A stretch of 64,000 nucleotides of DNA. Source: an uncultured Synechococcaceae cyanobacterium (GTDB taxonomy: Bacteria; Cyanobacteriota; Cyanobacteriia; PCC-6307; Cyanobiaceae). This document shows positions 63,699 through 64,000 of the stretch, in pieces (position 1 is the stretch's first letter; each line of letters opens with the position of its first letter). Under the pieces are notes generated by a model, which saw only the letters and a program-made list of their open reading frames with translations, was not told the DNA's origin and made no database searches. The position numbers were made by a program, and so were the translations under genes. The stretch spans positions 875 to 64,874 of the forward strand of contig CAIVPT010000191.1 of NCBI GenBank assembly GCA_903907855.1. Reading direction: 5' to 3'.

Positions 63699-64000
63699 AT
63701 GGCTCGTCTGCTCCTGATGGTCGGAGTTGGGGCGGCGTTTGTTGCAGCCTGGCAGCACTACAGAACCATCCCGCTGCTGGTCCTGGGCCAGCCCAAGTCG
63801 GTGGGTCTGCTGCAGCGGGAACAGGAAGCTCCCTTTTTTCGCCATCTGGCCGACACCACAGATCTGCCGTTGACGATCACCTATCAAACGGCTGATTCCT
63901 TTGGCTTGAAGGATTCCCACCAGCTGGAGGTTCTCCGCGATGGGCGCGTGGATATCGTTTCTCTGCGTTTCATGCAGAACATCGCCAAGGAGCCGGCCCT
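63699..64000 (+). CDS. Partial ORF (3' end off-window), signal/TM peptide then periplasmic solute-binding-protein-like sequence
   Basis: Hand translation gives MARLLLMVGVGAAFVAAWQHYRTIPLLVLGQPKSVGLLQREQEAPFFRHLADTTDLPLTITYQTADSFGLKDSHQLEVLRDGRVDIVSLRFMQNIAKEPA, with no stop before the window edge. The L..G.vDi pattern is reminiscent of TRAP/DctP-type receptors. The assignment is weak. Confidence 0.45.
   Translation, partial: MARLLLMVGVGAAFVAAWQHYRTIPLLVLGQPKSVGLLQREQEAPFFRHLADTTDLPLTITYQTADSFGLKDSHQLEVLRDGRVDIVSLRFMQNIAKEPA

Overview
This is a high-GC cyanobacterial chromosome segment. Spot counts of single 60-nt lines give about 43/60 G+C in core genes, 32/60 in pilT and 11/40 in one intergenic stretch. 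I support about 62 protein-coding genes, almost all of them housekeeping.

From memory, the gene order matches the chromosome-start neighbourhood of marine/estuarine picocyanobacteria (Synechococcus/Cyanobium/Prochlorococcus lineage). That order runs dnaN, PRC-barrel, purL, purF, gyrA-like, TPR, queG, nusB, ftsY, PP2C, argH, rbp, dusA, grpE, dnaJ, rsgA, ybaB, murB, murC, gap2, thiL, cyclophilin, efp, accB, pdxA. On the other side of dnaN lie thrC, an ABC1 kinase, recN and uvrA. The window therefore most likely spans the replication origin: the 422-bp spacer upstream of dnaN carries DnaA-box-like 9-mers and an AT-rich stretch.

Several non-core patches are embedded in this backbone:
- 1-1192: a toxin-antitoxin pile-up with a truncated yoeB, a Fic remnant and an intact vapBC.
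- 7154-9295: an SNF2 helicase with a HARP-like N-terminus, divergently paired with an HNH nuclease.
- 22851-26673: a pilB-pilT-pilC motor cluster with no pilin gene.
- 40751-43378: a phytochelatin-synthase-like / glycosyltransferase / methyltransferase insertion between the gyrA-like gene and purF.
- 53598-54239: a lower-GC protein with a PEP-CTERM-like tail.
- 59156-62721: a pyruvyl-transferase / glycosyltransferase / hydrolase set coupled to uvrA.

I saw no rRNA, tRNA, CRISPR array, transposase or integrase. Most long ORFs in the supplied track are antisense or out-of-frame shadows typical of GC-rich DNA, and I rejected them. All family assignments rest on motif recognition by eye; no database search was run. 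Start codons are often uncertain because GTG/TTG starts are common here.
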